From NCBI GenBank assembly GCA_951406725.2, contig OX597816.1, positions 104,532,001 through 104,596,000 on the forward strand: a stretch of DNA of 64,000 nt, read 5' to 3'. This stretch comes from Octopus vulgaris. Taxonomy: Eukaryota. Every line of letters begins with the position of its first letter. Positions within the stretch are counted from its first letter, which is position 1. A program made the translations under genes and the position numbers. Under the pieces are notes generated by a model. The model did no database searches. It was not told where the DNA came from and was given only the letters and a program-made list of their open reading frames with translations. Positions 24,999-39,927 of the stretch are shown in pieces.

Positions 24999-27174
24999 AA
25001 TAATTTCCAGCTGAGATATTAAGGACGGACATTCGGAGGGAGTGAATAGCTGTGCATTACTCTTGAAGGAATTTCCAAGATTTTGTTTCGGTGTAAGCTC
25101 TCAATGTGTCTTATTTTGTGTCACTACATGACTAATCAAGCTCTTATCTGAAAGAAGAATACTTTTTTAAAACACGATTGACCTTAGGGTCTCTGTAACA
25201 ACAACAACAACAACAACAACAACAAGAGCCTGATTTCTGGTCAATTGTTGCAACTGATGTATTATCAATTCTCTATCTAATATTGTGATTGGATTGCTGA
25301 CCTATATTATGCCAGTTTTTTCGGTCATTGTGTGTGGAAGTTCTAGGCAATATATTCTATCTGTAATAATAGTAGAAAAGGTACATTTAAACAGCCGCGA
25401 GGAGAGTGATCTAGTGCTGATAATTTATGGGAAGTTGCCAAATTTAAATTTAACCTCTTAAAATAAACTCGAGTCAAAATATCTTAATTTTCCATTTTTG
25501 TTCACATTATAATCAAGTAGCAGGCAACATACTGTAAGTCTTTCCTCACCCACTAGATCTATAGCCAGAGACGTACTAGTCGTGACCATCTCGTCTCATC
25601 AGAGACTGAATTATCCGGTGTATTATCTTTCTCTTTCTCATCATCAGTTTGCGATTAGGGGCATGTTGCGGACGTTATTGCTAGTAGGCGGAACGACCAC
25701 ATAGAACTTATTTCATTTGCTCTTTTTAGACGGTTATTTAGATGTATATTTTATATTATGATGATCCTTAAATGCCCTAATAACAATTGTTAGTTGTTCT
25801 GTACTATTAAATGCTTCAGTATGCTCAGTGTGTGAATAACCTGATTCAAATAACAGTGTCTTTGAATACTAAGTTCAAATACTCTTGTGGGTTCTACCAA
25901 ACTGAATTTTTCTCACACTACATCAAATTAGGTATAAACTGATGGCACAACGATCTAATAATCAAAGAGAGAATCAACATTTCTCAATAGTAGAGAAGCT
26001 TAGAAAGCTACGAATTAAAATACTTGTGCCCGAGAATCTGTACTTCCATCTCAAATATGTCCCTTTCAAAATCCACTAATGTTTACTTTACATTTTAATG
26101 ATAATATTATCATCTGCAATATACTGATATCCTCTCAAACATGAAGCTACGCTATTTAAAATTGTGTCTAAATATAAATATGATATTGTACCAAAATACT
26201 AATTTCTTTCTTAAGCACAAAACCATAATTTTACAGGAGGTAAAATTTGATCCTAACGACTTGAAGTATTTGATTTTACCGAATAAGGAATGTTTTCGTC
26301 AAACGCAATGGAATTTGAACACACATAATCAATAAATGCAACTAAATATGCGAGGCGTTTTGTCCAGTTCTCAACAAGTTCATAAAAAAAACGGAAAATC
26401 CAATAACGTGGCAAAAGATATTGAGAGTGAGAAGGTAGAAATAGCAAGTCTTTAAATTAATATCAAGTTCGTTATTTATAATTTAAAGCCAAATAAGGTA
26501 GGAAGCAGTAAATTATTGGTGACAATTCACTCGACAATAAGAGATCGTAAGTTTAAAATAAAATAGTGTGAATTTGTTTATTGTTAGAGTAGCCTCTCAC
26601 CTATAAGTCTCATCGAGATCTTTTGTATAATTAAAAGTAATCAATATTGTGACACACTACGGTGCTATTAATCTTGCAACGAACTAAAGTTCACAAATTA
26701 TCTTTACCCTCTTCGATAAATTTTGACCTTGTACGAAAGTATAAAATATGTATTTTCGTATATATGCTTCTGTTTCATTGACAGCAGAAATCTCATCTGT
26801 ATTGCAAATAATACTTTTATTAATTCGAGTAATTAAAACAATTTTAATTAGTGCAATCAAAACGTATTTCGTGACTTATGGCTCCGTTTGACCTATTCAT
26901 TTATATTCTGAACAGTGCCTAAACTCGTGATACATGGTGATCCAGATAGAATAAAGACACTTTAGATTAACGGATGGTTAAGTGAAGCTTTAGTCTCCAT
27001 TGAGAATGTGTTGACTGTACTAAGATTAAAGGACTCCAAAAGTGTTCAATGGAAATGAGTAGTTTCAACATCTGTAGTAGTATTCTGTAATGTGGGAGTT
27101 CCCAGCAGAGTAAATCGAAAGACCATTCTCTTAGAAACGGCTACTGTAATATCATTATTATCTTTGTCAGAATC

Positions 27175-27344
27175 AGCAGGGCGATGGAAAAGAATGCAGT
27201 GCTTTGCCACATTCAGTGAATGCCCTTCGCATTCTGAGTTCAAAATTTCACTGGCTCGTTTGTCTTACATTCACTTGGTGTAGAGAAAAATAGGCAATCA
27301 TTCCTGTCACTTAAATTTCTACTTTTGTGCCTATGCTTGATGTA

Positions 27345-27345
<1 letters not shown>
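27175..27345 (+). mobile_element. SINE family B, highly degenerate, followed by (TTA)n 27348-27480
   Basis: TTCTGAGTTCAAAATT B-box, tail TTGTGCCTATG. Confidence 0.5.
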
Positions 27346-27405
<60 letters not shown>

Positions 27406-27424
27406 GTTGTTGTTGTTGTTGTTG

Positions 27425-27474
<50 letters not shown>

Positions 27475-27482
27475 GTTATTGT

Positions 27483-28728
27483 TTTTTTTTCTTCTTCTTT
27501 CAAATTTGCTTCCATTTCTTGCCGAGTGTCTTCCCGACTGCTAGGGCAAAGAGACTCATAGTATACATTGGTAGGCCATTAAACTAAACTCACTATTTCG
27601 TTCTTTTTTTTAAAGTTAAATTAAAATACATGGGTAGTAATAGTTCTCACATCGACAATGCTCTTCTCAATACGTGTGATGTACCAGTTAAGACATTCTT
27701 TTGCACTTCTTGCAGGGATGGTAAGCCAGGGATCATTCTCATATAATTTTCGGTTCCCTTCTTGATCATTCCTAGTGCTCCTACGATCACTGGTATTGTA
27801 ACAGCTTTGAGATGCCACATTTTCTCAATTTCAATGAGCAGGTCTTTATATTTTCTGAGCTTGTCAAACTCTTTCGCCGAGATATTATGATCACAGGGGA
27901 TGCTCATGTCGACCAATAAGCAAACTTTATTCTTTTGGTCTTTCACAACAATATCCGGTTTATTGGCTTTGATGGTTCGGTCTGTATGTACTGGAAAGTC
28001 CCACAGAATCGTTACATTTTCTCCTTCAGTTACAGCTTTAGGGTGGTGATTATACCACTTGTCGGCAGTTTTGATATTGTAATGCCGACTTATTAGCCAG
28101 TGTAGATATTGGCCAACTCTGTCATGTCTTAATTTATACTCCACTGGTGCTAAGACTTTACATCCAGAGATTAGGTGGTCCACTGTTTCAATCATGTCGT
28201 TGCAGAATCGGCATTTTGGGTCTGCTCCATTTTATATCACATTGGCCTGGTAAGTTCCGGGTTAATAGGCTTTGATCTTGAGCAGCCAGGATGAAACCTT
28301 CGCTCTCTGCTTTTAGCCCTGAGCTCCGTAGCCACTGATGGGTTTGCTTCTGGTCAACATCAGTTTGTTTGCTACGGGCCACATATTTGCCGTGCAGAGG
28401 TTTCTCCTCCCACCTATCAGCCAATTGCTCGTGCGCTTTTTTCGTTGCCATTATATTCACCTTCTTTGCAACAATAGTTGCCGTACTTCCCTCGGGTTGT
28501 TCAGTTTGGGTATCCTGCACGAGATCAATAGCAAATTTTTTGCTTTCCTCTATGATAGAATGAAGCTTCTTTCGTCCCTCGTGATTTTCCTTGAGCTTTA
28601 GCATTCAGTCATTCGTTATTTCAAGATATTTGGCCAGTCCAATTGTGGTTGCTTTGTAAGCTAGTTCAAATTGGATCAGGCCTCGACCTCCTTGGGCTCT
28701 GGGGAGGTAAAGGCGATCTACGTCTGCC

Positions 28729-28731
<3 letters not shown>
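27483..28731 (-). mobile_element. 5'-truncated RLE non-LTR retrotransposon (R4/Dong-like) flanked on both sides by (TAA)n
   Basis: KADVDRLYLPRAQGGRGL, KPLHGKY, GLKAESEGFILAAQDQSL, CCHC knuckle CRFCNDMIETVDHLISGC, RHD, KPDIVV..D..K restriction-like endonuclease; two stops and a frameshift upstream. Confidence 0.93.
27647..28195 (-). pseudogene. C-terminal zinc-knuckle / restriction-like endonuclease domain of the LINE ORF (open 182-aa remnant)
   Basis: ORF-track protein with HLISGC, RHDRV, ILWDFPVHTDRTIKANKPDIVV, KEFDKLRKYKDL, PVIVGALG. Confidence 0.88.
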
Positions 28732-28817
<86 letters not shown>

Positions 28818-29275
28818 GTTATTGGCAATGCCACTATGGCTGGCTTTGCTTTTCATCCACTCGGATCGATAAAATAAGTACCAGTTGAAAACTCGGGTCA
28901 CCCGAGATTGCGCCAAAATGTAAAACCAACGTCGTCGTTGTCGTCGTCATCATCATCAACATCATCATCATCATCAACATCGTCGTCGTCGTCGTCGTCG
29001 TTTTTGTCGTTATTGTTATTGTCATTATTATTTAGAGTATTTAGACGCATAAACTGAAAGAATCTTTTGGGTATCCTAGAATATTAATGCGTTATTTATT
29101 CCGCCTATTTATGTATTTAGATTCTTGCCTCAATTCACGCCGTGGTCAACATTACCGTTCATCCTCTCTCTTTTGACAAATAACTACCAGTTAAGTACGG
29201 AGGTCGATATATAAAATCCCACGTCCCCTCAAAAAAGCTGGTGTTGTGCCTATAGTAGAAAGAATTATGATTATC

Positions 29276-29325
<50 letters not shown>

Positions 29326-29348
29326 TACTACTATTATTATTATTATTA

Positions 29349-29403
<55 letters not shown>

Positions 29404-31603
29404 CATTATTTTATTTGTTGCTATTGTTGTTACATATATATGTATATATGCACGTGTGTGTGTGTGTACATATATACGAGAAAGTTAAATTCATAACTAG
29501 TGAATTTCTTCATTTCCTCCAAACGATCATTCGCAAGAATATATTGACTAACTACGAAAATATATGACGAAATCCATATCGCACTTATAAAGTAGTTATA
29601 TTACTACGGATTATGATAACCGACTTCTTGTAATTAACTATTTCCTAATGATGTCGTAATTCATCGTACGGATTATTATTGAACAGCTTTCAAAGTAAGG
29701 CTTTGAATGCCAATTTCAAATGTATTGGCTGTAGGGAAATTATCTATCAACATTTATTTATGCACTTCTAGTCTCAGCAGGATAGAAATATAAATAAACT
29801 CTTTACATATTTGACTTCTGTTCTCTATATACTGTGAATCATTGTCAATGTAACATTAAAGCAAGTGAAATGTTCACATACTTCGGTATCAGTTTCTTCA
29901 TGACAAGACGTAGGTTTAATTGAAGTAGTGGAGATGGAATAAATGTTTATTCTACCTTCGTATGTTGATTTTGTTGCTGTCCTTTCTCTCGCCGTCTGCT
30001 CCAAATTGGGAAGCAGTCTTATGAGCAAAGCGTTCTCCCCATCACCATCCCCTCGTTTCGCAAATGGTATTACGATGATCAATTATCTAGTTAATTCTAT
30101 AGCTCTTTAAGATGGTCTATGAGGGATATGTGATTGCTCTTTAAAATTTCGAGCGATCATGTAGATGTCTTCAGTTCTGCCTTTAGTTTTGGGTTGACTT
30201 GAATTACATATGCATTGGGTAAGTCAGATTTTATAATAACACTCGCAAATTCTCAAACGTTTTGCGTTATGATTTGATTAAATTCAACACGGCCTCAAAA
30301 ACATTGCGAATTCGACTGAAGGGAACTTAATTCAATTGCAAATTAATCGCAGTATATTACTCTAACCTGTATAATTGTTTTCTGGAAAGAGATATCAATT
30401 CATATTATTAAACAATGGTACAAATCATGTTAAATAAGCAATTACATTACGTGGAACATTATTTCCAGGGGTCTGAATATCCCAATCACCCAATCTCATT
30501 TCCCGATATATTTGAGCTTTTATTCTGAGACAAAATAACAATATACCATATATATATAACGTTATTTTAAAACTAATTAAAGTTAAAACAAAATACTGAG
30601 GAATTTTATAGCAAGTATTTAAATACTAATTATATTAGCAATTACGTGTGGTGATATTGTTAGAGTATTGGGAAAGGACTTCTTAAAATTTCCTTCGAAT
30701 TAATATTTTGTACATATTTTATTTTTTTATTTTTGTTTTTCCTAAATATATTACCGAAGTCAGAGAGTTGCATAAGTTCTTGGGAATTAGTTATGCAATT
30801 AAATATCTAGAGTTGAATTCCTAGAATTGCTGAATAGTAACATACTCAAGTTGTATGATTTTAACACTAAATTGTTCTGAGAAGTAAATTCTTTCTTTGC
30901 ACAAAGAAATGCGTTGACTAATTGTTAAAACTTTTCTGTTTTTTTTTTATACAATCAGTAAAATAAAAATTCAAATCAGAGTAGATTTGCAGAGATTTTT
31001 GAGATGAGAATTTAAATTGGGGGGAAATACGTACATACAAAGAGAAAGAACAAATATATTCTTCTGATGTAAGTTTAAGAGGTCGCGTATTTTGTATTAA
31101 AAAACAATAATGTTAACTGAGTTGAATTAGTTCACTTAGAAAATCTGAGTGAACATTAACTGTTTTATGACAAAAAAATATATGAAATTAACTTGCGATG
31201 AAAACTTTAGCCTTTGAAGATTCTAATGATTGGTTCTCATCATCTATACAGCTCTTATTCTTTTCAAGAAAAAGACAGATGCCGATAGTAAATCAAATCC
31301 TGAATAAATTCTAAATAGGTTTTCCATATATTGACTATATATAAAGTTTTAAATGTTTCCTGTTTGCAGCGGATTTCCTTATAATGAACTTAGCTGCTTT
31401 TTATTCTCACGAACGCTTCAACGTTATGTCTTTCTATTTATTATATTAATTTTCTTTGTTTACCTTAAATCTTGCCTAACTCAAGATCGTTACTATGGAA
31501 GAAACATGAGAGATTTCAAGAAATGCATACCTGAATTTGAGATTAGTCAATTAATTGAATAAACAAATATTGGCTAAATTGTCGGTTACATGGCCGTAGA
31601 ATT

Positions 31604-31663
<60 letters not shown>

Positions 31664-33167
31664 TTATATATATATATCCTACGTAAGTTGTTACCATAGT
31701 CGAGTTACATTATTACCTGGCAACAGAACATAAATCTAGCCAAGAATGTAGTGTGTATGTAGTCGCTCAACTTGCAAGAGATAGCAACAATCACACTTAC
31801 TTTACACTCTACTGTATTGAAAAGCAAATTGTATAATATTGGTTTGGGTATGCAATGACTGAAATAATGAGATGATCATGGCTTGAATACTTTTGGTCAT
31901 ATGCTTTTCGCTCGGGGCTTACAAAAACAGCAGTTTTCAGTATATCAGGGTTTACAATAATAACATTAGATTATCAAAGCAACGACTTCGTGAATGAGTA
32001 CCGAATAAAATATGAGCAGGTCATCTGCAACGTGGAGTTTGTGGCGATTTATTTGCGAATAGAACTGAAATCGAATGGAAAATAAATGTTACGTATTTTG
32101 CGTCAAAGCAATCAACGTCTTTGAAAATTCTTGGAACGGAAAAATCTTTTCCTCCAAGTTTTTGGATTAAATTATATTATTACGTTTTCGCTACTTATGT
32201 AAGATATTATAAGTCTGGAATTTCTAATTCATTTAAAACATTTCTTTGCAGGGTGATTTGTTTATTAGTAGTCAATAAAGTTAAATATTCAATTTCTAAA
32301 GAGACAGTTAAATTCATCAATGATTGATTAACCCTGTTGATTTATATGAATAAATATCAGGTTCAAATCTTTTTGAAGTCACATCCTGTCTAGAAGTACA
32401 ACCTATGGCATTAAGCAACGTGGCTTTTTTAGATTTATAGCGTTTCCACCTTAGTTCCGATTTACAGTCAGGGAAATGGATTACTAACTGTGAATTGAAC
32501 GAAAGAGGCAGTGTGGTGAACATGTGTGAGATCTTTAAAAACAAGTGTTTTATTTCTCTGGCCTTGGTAATGTCAATTGCTTCAAGTACGACTTGAAGAA
32601 GACGGTAAGAGTTAGAGAGGCCGGGTACAACCCTCTAATGAGTTAAAATAAATTTTTTTAGAGAGGGACAAGACTGCTGAATCTGAATGGGCTTACTACG
32701 TGTATGCTCTTCTAACTAGGAGGTGGAAAAGCTGCAAGAGGGTGCTTGTAAAACATTGGACGTGGCAGAACAACCAGGGATTTTTATGACTTACCTGAAT
32801 TACTTTATGGAGTTTCTACATTTTCCCTTTGTTTTGTTATATTATTTGTTTTTGTTGACTTCTTTTAATTCAATACAAGCCTCACATCTCTATGTTTATA
32901 TTCCATACATGTTGCGTGGCTTTAGTGTCTTATGTCATCCTGGTCAGTAAAAGAAATCCTTTTCATTTTTACTATCGCTATTACTGCTGTTCTTAGCAAA
33001 TTTGAAAAATGTCATGCACTAATTAGTCCAGTCCATACAATATGAGTTGAAATTTTGCCAGTGTCATTTTTGCCACTCACCCTTCCGACTTCGAAAAAAC
33101 ATAAAGCATCGAGCAAAGGACTGACATAGTTGACTGTTCCGTTTCGTAAATAGTGAGATCCTGTTTT

Positions 33168-33169
<2 letters not shown>

Positions 33170-33228
<59 letters not shown>

Positions 33229-33250
33229 ACTACTACTACTACTACTACTG

Positions 33251-33286
<36 letters not shown>

Positions 33287-33332
33287 TTATTATTATTATT
33301 ATTATTGTTATTATTGTTATTATTATTATTAT
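33170..33332 (+). repeat. Compound trinucleotide array (TAC)n(TGC)n(TAC)n(TAT)n
   Basis: Direct reading. Confidence 0.95.
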
Positions 33333-33607
33333 GCGAAAACTCAAAGCTTGTTTTGATGGAAAGTGTTAGCTGCCCACAGCCAGCAGGCTAAGGTGACACT
33401 TATAAACTGACTATTCTTCAAGAACCCTGCGAAGAATTCTTGCAGTTCCGAGGAATGCTGATTTTTGTAGTTTTTCTATCTCCACACTTGAACCGATCTT
33501 TTTCAGCCATTTTGCTAGCTGAGTGCTGATACTTCCTAGTGCACCAATTACTATTGGTATCTCGTCTACTCTCTTCATTGACCACTACCTTCGTATTTCC
33601 CACTTCA
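33333..33607 (-). mobile_element. Very short 3' end of an RLE (R4/Dong-like) LINE between two (TTA)n tracts
   Basis: Minus strand KWEIRR*WSMKRVDEIPIVIGALGSISTQLAKWLKKIG...LQKSAFLGTARILRRVLEE*. Confidence 0.85.
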
Positions 33608-33682
<75 letters not shown>

Positions 33683-33979
33683 TTAAAGTAGTGAATTAAA
33701 TGACTGGAGGCATGAAGATACATTTTGAGAAAAAGTATAAAATTGTTTTGTGATCATTGGACAAGAGTAAATTCTCACGCAACAAACACTGTCAGCTGCC
33801 ACGTAATAGATATTAAAACTTCAAAACTATGAATTAACTAAAATCTAAAACACTTCAAAATAACAAAGCTGTTAGTTTTTAATCAATAATTTTGATTGTA
33901 TTAACATTTTTTCAACGAGCTGAAAACATTTTTCATTACCCAATCTTTTTGGCGTATGATAATGATTATTACTATTATC

Positions 33980-34112
33980 ATTTTGTCCGAAATCATTAGA
34001 ACGCAGGGGTAGAATGCTTAGTTGCATTTCCACAGACTCTACGTTCTGTGTTCAAATTCCACCGGTTGAGTTTGCCCTTCGTCCTTTCATGGTCGATGAA
34101 ATAAGTACCACG
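33980..34112 (+). mobile_element. SINE family B, degenerate 5' part
   Basis: AATGCTTAG...GTTCAAATTCC...GCCCTTCGTCCTTTCATGGTCGATGAAATAAGTACC. Confidence 0.65.
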
Positions 34113-34564
34113 CACTCACATAGAAATACACTCACGCATATAGCGAAAGAGAGAAATACAGAGACAGAGTGAGTGAGTGAGTGAGTGAGAGTGGGAGATA
34201 GTGAGAGAAGGTGATGCAAAAACCACGGAAGTTTGTTTCAATTTTTTTTTATTCTTTTGGGGTCGAGAAAGAATTACTTAACCAAAAGAGAAACGGACAA
34301 ATTGGATGCCTTGCGTTTTGCATTTGAATCCAGTTCAGAGCCTAATTGAGTGCTAAGAGTTCAAGAGCCACCGATCAGCATACGCATGGGAATGTTGGGT
34401 GCTCTTTATCAGGATTCCTTAAGTTGAAAGGATTCAGCTCTTGTCTCAGGTTTGAAGACACTTTCATACCCTATATATATATATATATATATATGCGTTT
34501 GTGTGCGTGTGTGTGTATGCAAAGGTAAGACTGTGTAGTAAGAAGCTTGAAATTATTTGAGAAA

Positions 34565-34830
34565 TATCTCTGGCTTACCATTCCTGCAAAAAGTGCAAAA
34601 GATTGTTTTAACTGGTATGTCACACGTATTGGAAAAAACATTGTCACTGTGAGAACGATTGCAACTCTTGTAAAATATTTTTAATACATAATTTCATTTG
34701 CTTTTGTAAATGAAAAATCTGGTGTGTTTATAATAATGGCGTATCAATGCATCAAGTTCATTTCTTTGCCCTAGGTGTCGGGGAGGCATTCAGCAAGACA
34801 TGGAAATCAAATCGTATAAAAAAAGGTTAT
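34565..34830 (+). mobile_element. 3' end and UTR of the same LINE family as 27483-28731, older copy
   Basis: GLPFLQKVQKIVLTGMSHVLEKTLSL* and UTR CCCTAGGTGTCGGGGAGGCATTCAGCAAGACATGGAA resembling the reverse complement of 27500-27550. Confidence 0.75.
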
Positions 34831-35389
34831 CAGTAATAATATTTCCAATCGTAACATATAATTGCCAACCAAGTGGGGTGTCCTATACGGGACAGTGCTT
34901 CTGACGTTTATAGCCCCAGGAAGACATGTCTTCGAGCTCGCTATCGACGCACATTCTATATTGAATGAGAGAGAAAGAGCAAGAGAGAGAATCATGAATA
35001 CTTGTATCTGTTTCTTCTCATTACATGGAGATAATGTGAGGATAGCCAGTTAGAATGAGAATATGCATGTGTCTGCGCGCGTGAGTGTCTGCGTAAGTGA
35101 GAGTTTGTTACTGTTTGAGGGGGACAAAGTGAGAGAGAAAAGGCGCGCATGAAACTGCGTGAGAATGTATCATGAGTGAATTACTGAGTGTTACATGGAA
35201 AGGAAGAGATAATATAATTCTGATATAGAGAAACAGCTAAAGATATAACTAATCCGCTAGTGATCTGCAACATAAAGATCATTATATTTAGCTATTTGCA
35301 TAGTCAAAATAATGAAATATTTGCGTGCGAATAGAATAAGAAGCAAATGTTCACACTCATACACACATCAGACATACATACAGACAAAT

Positions 35390-35426
<37 letters not shown>

Positions 35427-36999
35427 TTATTTGTATAATATTCGCAAAAAAGAGACTTTATAATAACATAAGGCTGAGAAATAAAAAGGCGTTAATAAAT
35501 TTTATTACAATTAACAGGGGCTAAAAGATCGGGTGTGTAGAATGATAATAGCAAACTGAAGAATGATAATAGCAAACTGAAGGGAAATATGAAAATGAGT
35601 CACACATTTTCTTTAAAACCATAGAAATGGTTCATTTTTTTTCTTTTAAACTACATACAAACAAATATAAGGGTACTTAATACACAGTGATCACGAGTTA
35701 TTTTTGATGATATAATATGATCGTAGAAGTTACCTTTGAAACAAAAATAAAAATATTATAATAATGTATATATAATCCTTACATTATTCAGTATAGAAAA
35801 TGACATTATTGACAACTCAATTGAATTCGCTGTTCACTACACAATGTTTAATGATGACGACAGTTACTACGAATTCATAGTTAAAATTATCAAAGAAAGA
35901 AAATTATATTCCGTATTTCAAAGCGAAAAATATTTTTTCTCTTGAATTATATTGTAAGTTGAAAGATAACATCAGTTAAAGAGTAGACCTATTGTCTTGA
36001 GGCCCGCAAGGCAAGTTTTTAAATACAAACCTGTGTGTCTAGTATCAGTCTGAAGTGCTGTAAAAATTTAACAAGACGTAAAAAGCATAAAGAAATATTC
36101 TATTTAAGAAAGATTTGAGATGCTAAGTAGCTCGTGCAGTTTGTTATAATAATACAAAATTTGATTGTAGAGTACGGTGACCATCTTTCCTTATTAAATG
36201 AAATTAAAACATGAAAATAATAGAAAGTAGAGAGGCTGCAGAAGCAGACATGTGAACAATTTAAGCAGAGATTATTATAAGATATTTCATAAAATTCTCA
36301 TCATATTTGCTTTTGTATAAGACAATAATTTTATTTAGTTTATATTTATGTAATATTTTCATTAGAAATGGAAAATAGTATTAAAAAAATTGTTGATTAT
36401 ATGGCACATTTGAATCTTGACTGATATTTTTAAATTTGTGAATTTTCTAATTTCTTATCGAAAATTGCTGATGTCTATGTTTATAAAAGATTCAAATCTC
36501 TTTTGGTACTCTGAGTCCAAGAATCTTTCCGGTAATCTGTTGTATATTTTCATTCTGAAATCTAATTAATTTTATTCCAAACTGAGTAGTTTCAGGCTTC
36601 GTAAGTATATTCTATATTTCCTTTCTTTAGAAATGCAATATATGCCGTTACACATATAATTTATTTCTTCAGAGGCTACCACAGTGTCGTTATTAATTAA
36701 TTACTAAAAATCATTATGCGTCCATTTTCAGGTATGTATGAATACACTGAAGAATATCCCATGTTCTCAATATTGTTAGGATTAGCTGCGAGGAGAAACT
36801 TAAAATAATTTAAGCTGTTTGATATATATATATATGCATGTCAATGTATGTGTATATGCATGCTCTTATGTGTATGCTTGTGCATATACAGATATTTGCG
36901 TAAGATATTTGAGGACAGATATATGTTCATAAAAAACACAGATATACAATAACACATAATAATTTTAGCAAATAATGCAATGAGGATAAAAATAAACCT

Positions 37000-38054
37000 T
37001 CTTTTCTATACTGTTATTCACTAAAGCCACCTTCAGCTTCAACAACTACTTCTATATGAGATCTAAATCATCTACATGCTCGAATTAAGGGGTCCTGGTT
37101 CATTTTGGACATTTCTCTAACTATGGTAGCTCACAAAGAAACTTTGGTGTAATGGGCGTATTCATTGACCTCTCTCGCCACAACGCTCCATATGTAATAG
37201 TCCAATGGATTGAGATCTGGGGAATTAGGAAACCAAATCTTAAGGGTTATATGATCATGAAAATTTTCAGTAATCCATTCCTGATTTACTACAGCCATGT
37301 GTGATAGTGCAGTCTTACTGAAACATATATGGCCTTTCATTGCATACAGTGTCTATCCAGGGCTTAGCAGTTGCTTCCAGGACCTCAATGTAGGTGGCAG
37401 AGTTAACTCTAAGGCTTTCTGGAAAGAAGTAAGGAGCCATCACATGTCCTTCATAGCTGACAATGCCTAAAACCATGACAGTTGCACGAAATTTTTTATG
37501 CATAACAGTTGAACTTCAGAAGGGTTTGCACATAACCATCTGTCATTTTATCTGTTAACTTTTTGATCTTGGTCGATGTTTTTCTCGTATGAGAAAAAAA
37601 CAAATCAAATCTTCTTCTGGATTTTTCAGTTTAAGAACCTTTTAGATCTGATGTAATGATTTTCTTTTGAATTTTTTGACAAACTGACCTTTCTTCATCA
37701 TATAAGACTTATATCTGTTTTCTTCATGGTCAGAATTTCTGACTGTTCCTTCTGACACATAGAGATCTTTTGCAATTGACTTCATGAATTTTCTTGGATT
37801 GTAATCAATGGTCGGTTGAACTTGTTGGATGAATTCAAGTGTTCTGATGATTTCAGAGTGTCTAGAATGCTTTTTTATGCTGTGATACTGGTAACAAATT
37901 TCCATATTGAGGTCTTTAACTCCTTACGAACTTTGTAGACAGAAGATCTTGCAACTTCTTGAATTCGAGATATTTCTAAATCGCTATTCTCAGCCTTTAT
38001 AACAACAATAACAGCATAACTCTGCAGTTATTGAGTAAGCTGAGAGTCGGTCAT
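37000..38054 (-). pseudogene. Tc1/mariner-superfamily DD37D (maT-like) transposase pseudogene
   Basis: FFSYEKNIDQDQKVNR*NDRWLC, ATVMVLGIVSYEGHVMAPYFF, FQ*D...WFPNSPDLNPLDYYIWS; 37 residues between the second and third Asp after repairing one frameshift; TIRs not confidently found. Confidence 0.85.
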
Positions 38055-38342
38055 TATTATTTTCTGAAACAAAGATTATAAAGAGTGAGCAAAAAATGCA
38101 ACTTCATACGTAAGAATACATACATAAAATAAAACATACAGATCTGCACATATACATACATGCATACATACATACTTGCATGCATGCATACATACATACA
38201 TTGAAAAATACCCTGTTGATGCTGAAATTCGAATGAAACCTGGTCTTTCTCTATTGGTAAAAATCTTGAAATAAAACTGAATAATGACATACATATATAC
38301 ATATGCAGATTTCAACTGCCCGTTCATATGCGTGTCTGAGCA

Positions 38343-38417
38343 TGTCTGAATGTATATGAATGTCTGTCACCTTGTATTCGTAGACAAATCACGTGATATA
38401 TATATGTATACATACAT

Positions 38418-38476
<59 letters not shown>

Positions 38477-38477
38477 A

Positions 38478-38508
<31 letters not shown>

Positions 38509-38546
38509 TGCATGTATGTATGTATACATATATATATGTATGTATG

Positions 38547-38583
<37 letters not shown>

Positions 38584-38630
38584 ATTTTTCTACGAATACA
38601 AGGTGACAGACATTCATATACTTTCAGACA
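38343..38630. repeat. 56-bp inverted repeat (2 mismatches) enclosing a microsatellite spacer
   Basis: 38343-38398 versus the reverse complement of 38575-38630. Confidence 0.93.
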
Positions 38631-38640
38631 TATATATATA

Positions 38641-38759
<119 letters not shown>

Positions 38760-39271
38760 ATGTATGTATGTATATATGTATATATAACCAAGACATTGAA
38801 ATCTGTTATCCAACCATATTAAATGCTGGTGATTGCTTACAAAATCTTAATGACGGTATTCATTGAAACAATTCTAATATCGCTATTGTGTTTCACCATG
38901 ATACACACTTGGTGAACCACGCAGTGAAACCTGTTGAACACAATTGCAATGACGAATGTTTTTATATAATGGGGACAAATTTCTTCCGCTAGCACATTTT
39001 CAGTAAAAGCTTAGTGCTTCTGCTACACAGAGCAGCTTGAGTCAATTTGAAAGGGTAGATTCTATAGTTAAATTTTCTTCTCGTATATGTATTTCATTTC
39101 GTGTTCTTAATGCTGGATAAAATGTTGGATGTACGTATATATGTATATATATATATATATATACACGCACACGCACACGCACACACACATACACACATGC
39201 ACACATTTACATATATATATACATATATATATATGTATATATATGTATATATATGTATATATATACGCATA

Positions 39272-39328
<57 letters not shown>

Positions 39329-39862
39329 ATACTTGCATATATGTGTGATTTGGGTTTTATATATACATATATATATGTTTGTATGTGTATACGTGCCGCG
39401 AACTTGTTTACGTATTATTTTCTTTAAGAGGTTATTAATGATTCGGCATAAGTCTTGTTCATGGAAATAATTTTCTATTAAATTCACTTATAATGAAAAT
39501 ATCGTTTCATTTTTTAAATACGATTAATAGAGAGGCCTACATGTATAGTATCGAATATATACTATAAGATTTCATACGTGTTATAGAGCTAGTGGGGAAA
39601 ATATTGGATAAACTTAAATGACCCATGCAAATAGACAAATCTTCACTGGAAGAATACTTTAAATCTAAAAACAAAAGTCAAGGAAAAACGACGCTAATTA
39701 GATTAATGAATCGAAAATCGAAATTTTGGGACAATATAGACACTGCAGATTAGATTTTATTGTGATCTGTAATGCTACCTCGTCGCAATAATAGCCATGA
39801 TTCGGTCTCACTTGAACTTGTCAGAGAAACATCTACTCAATAGAGAAGACCAAGGATGAATA

Positions 39863-39927
<65 letters not shown>

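Noticed and set aside
36673-36731. AG...CAG/GTATGT bounded segment
   Set aside because: Stops in all three frames; not a coding exon and no other support.
39795-39835. Possible fifth hammerhead locus on the minus strand (CUGACAA...GACC GAAU CAUG)
   Set aside because: Both core segments are mutated and the stems do not pair convincingly.
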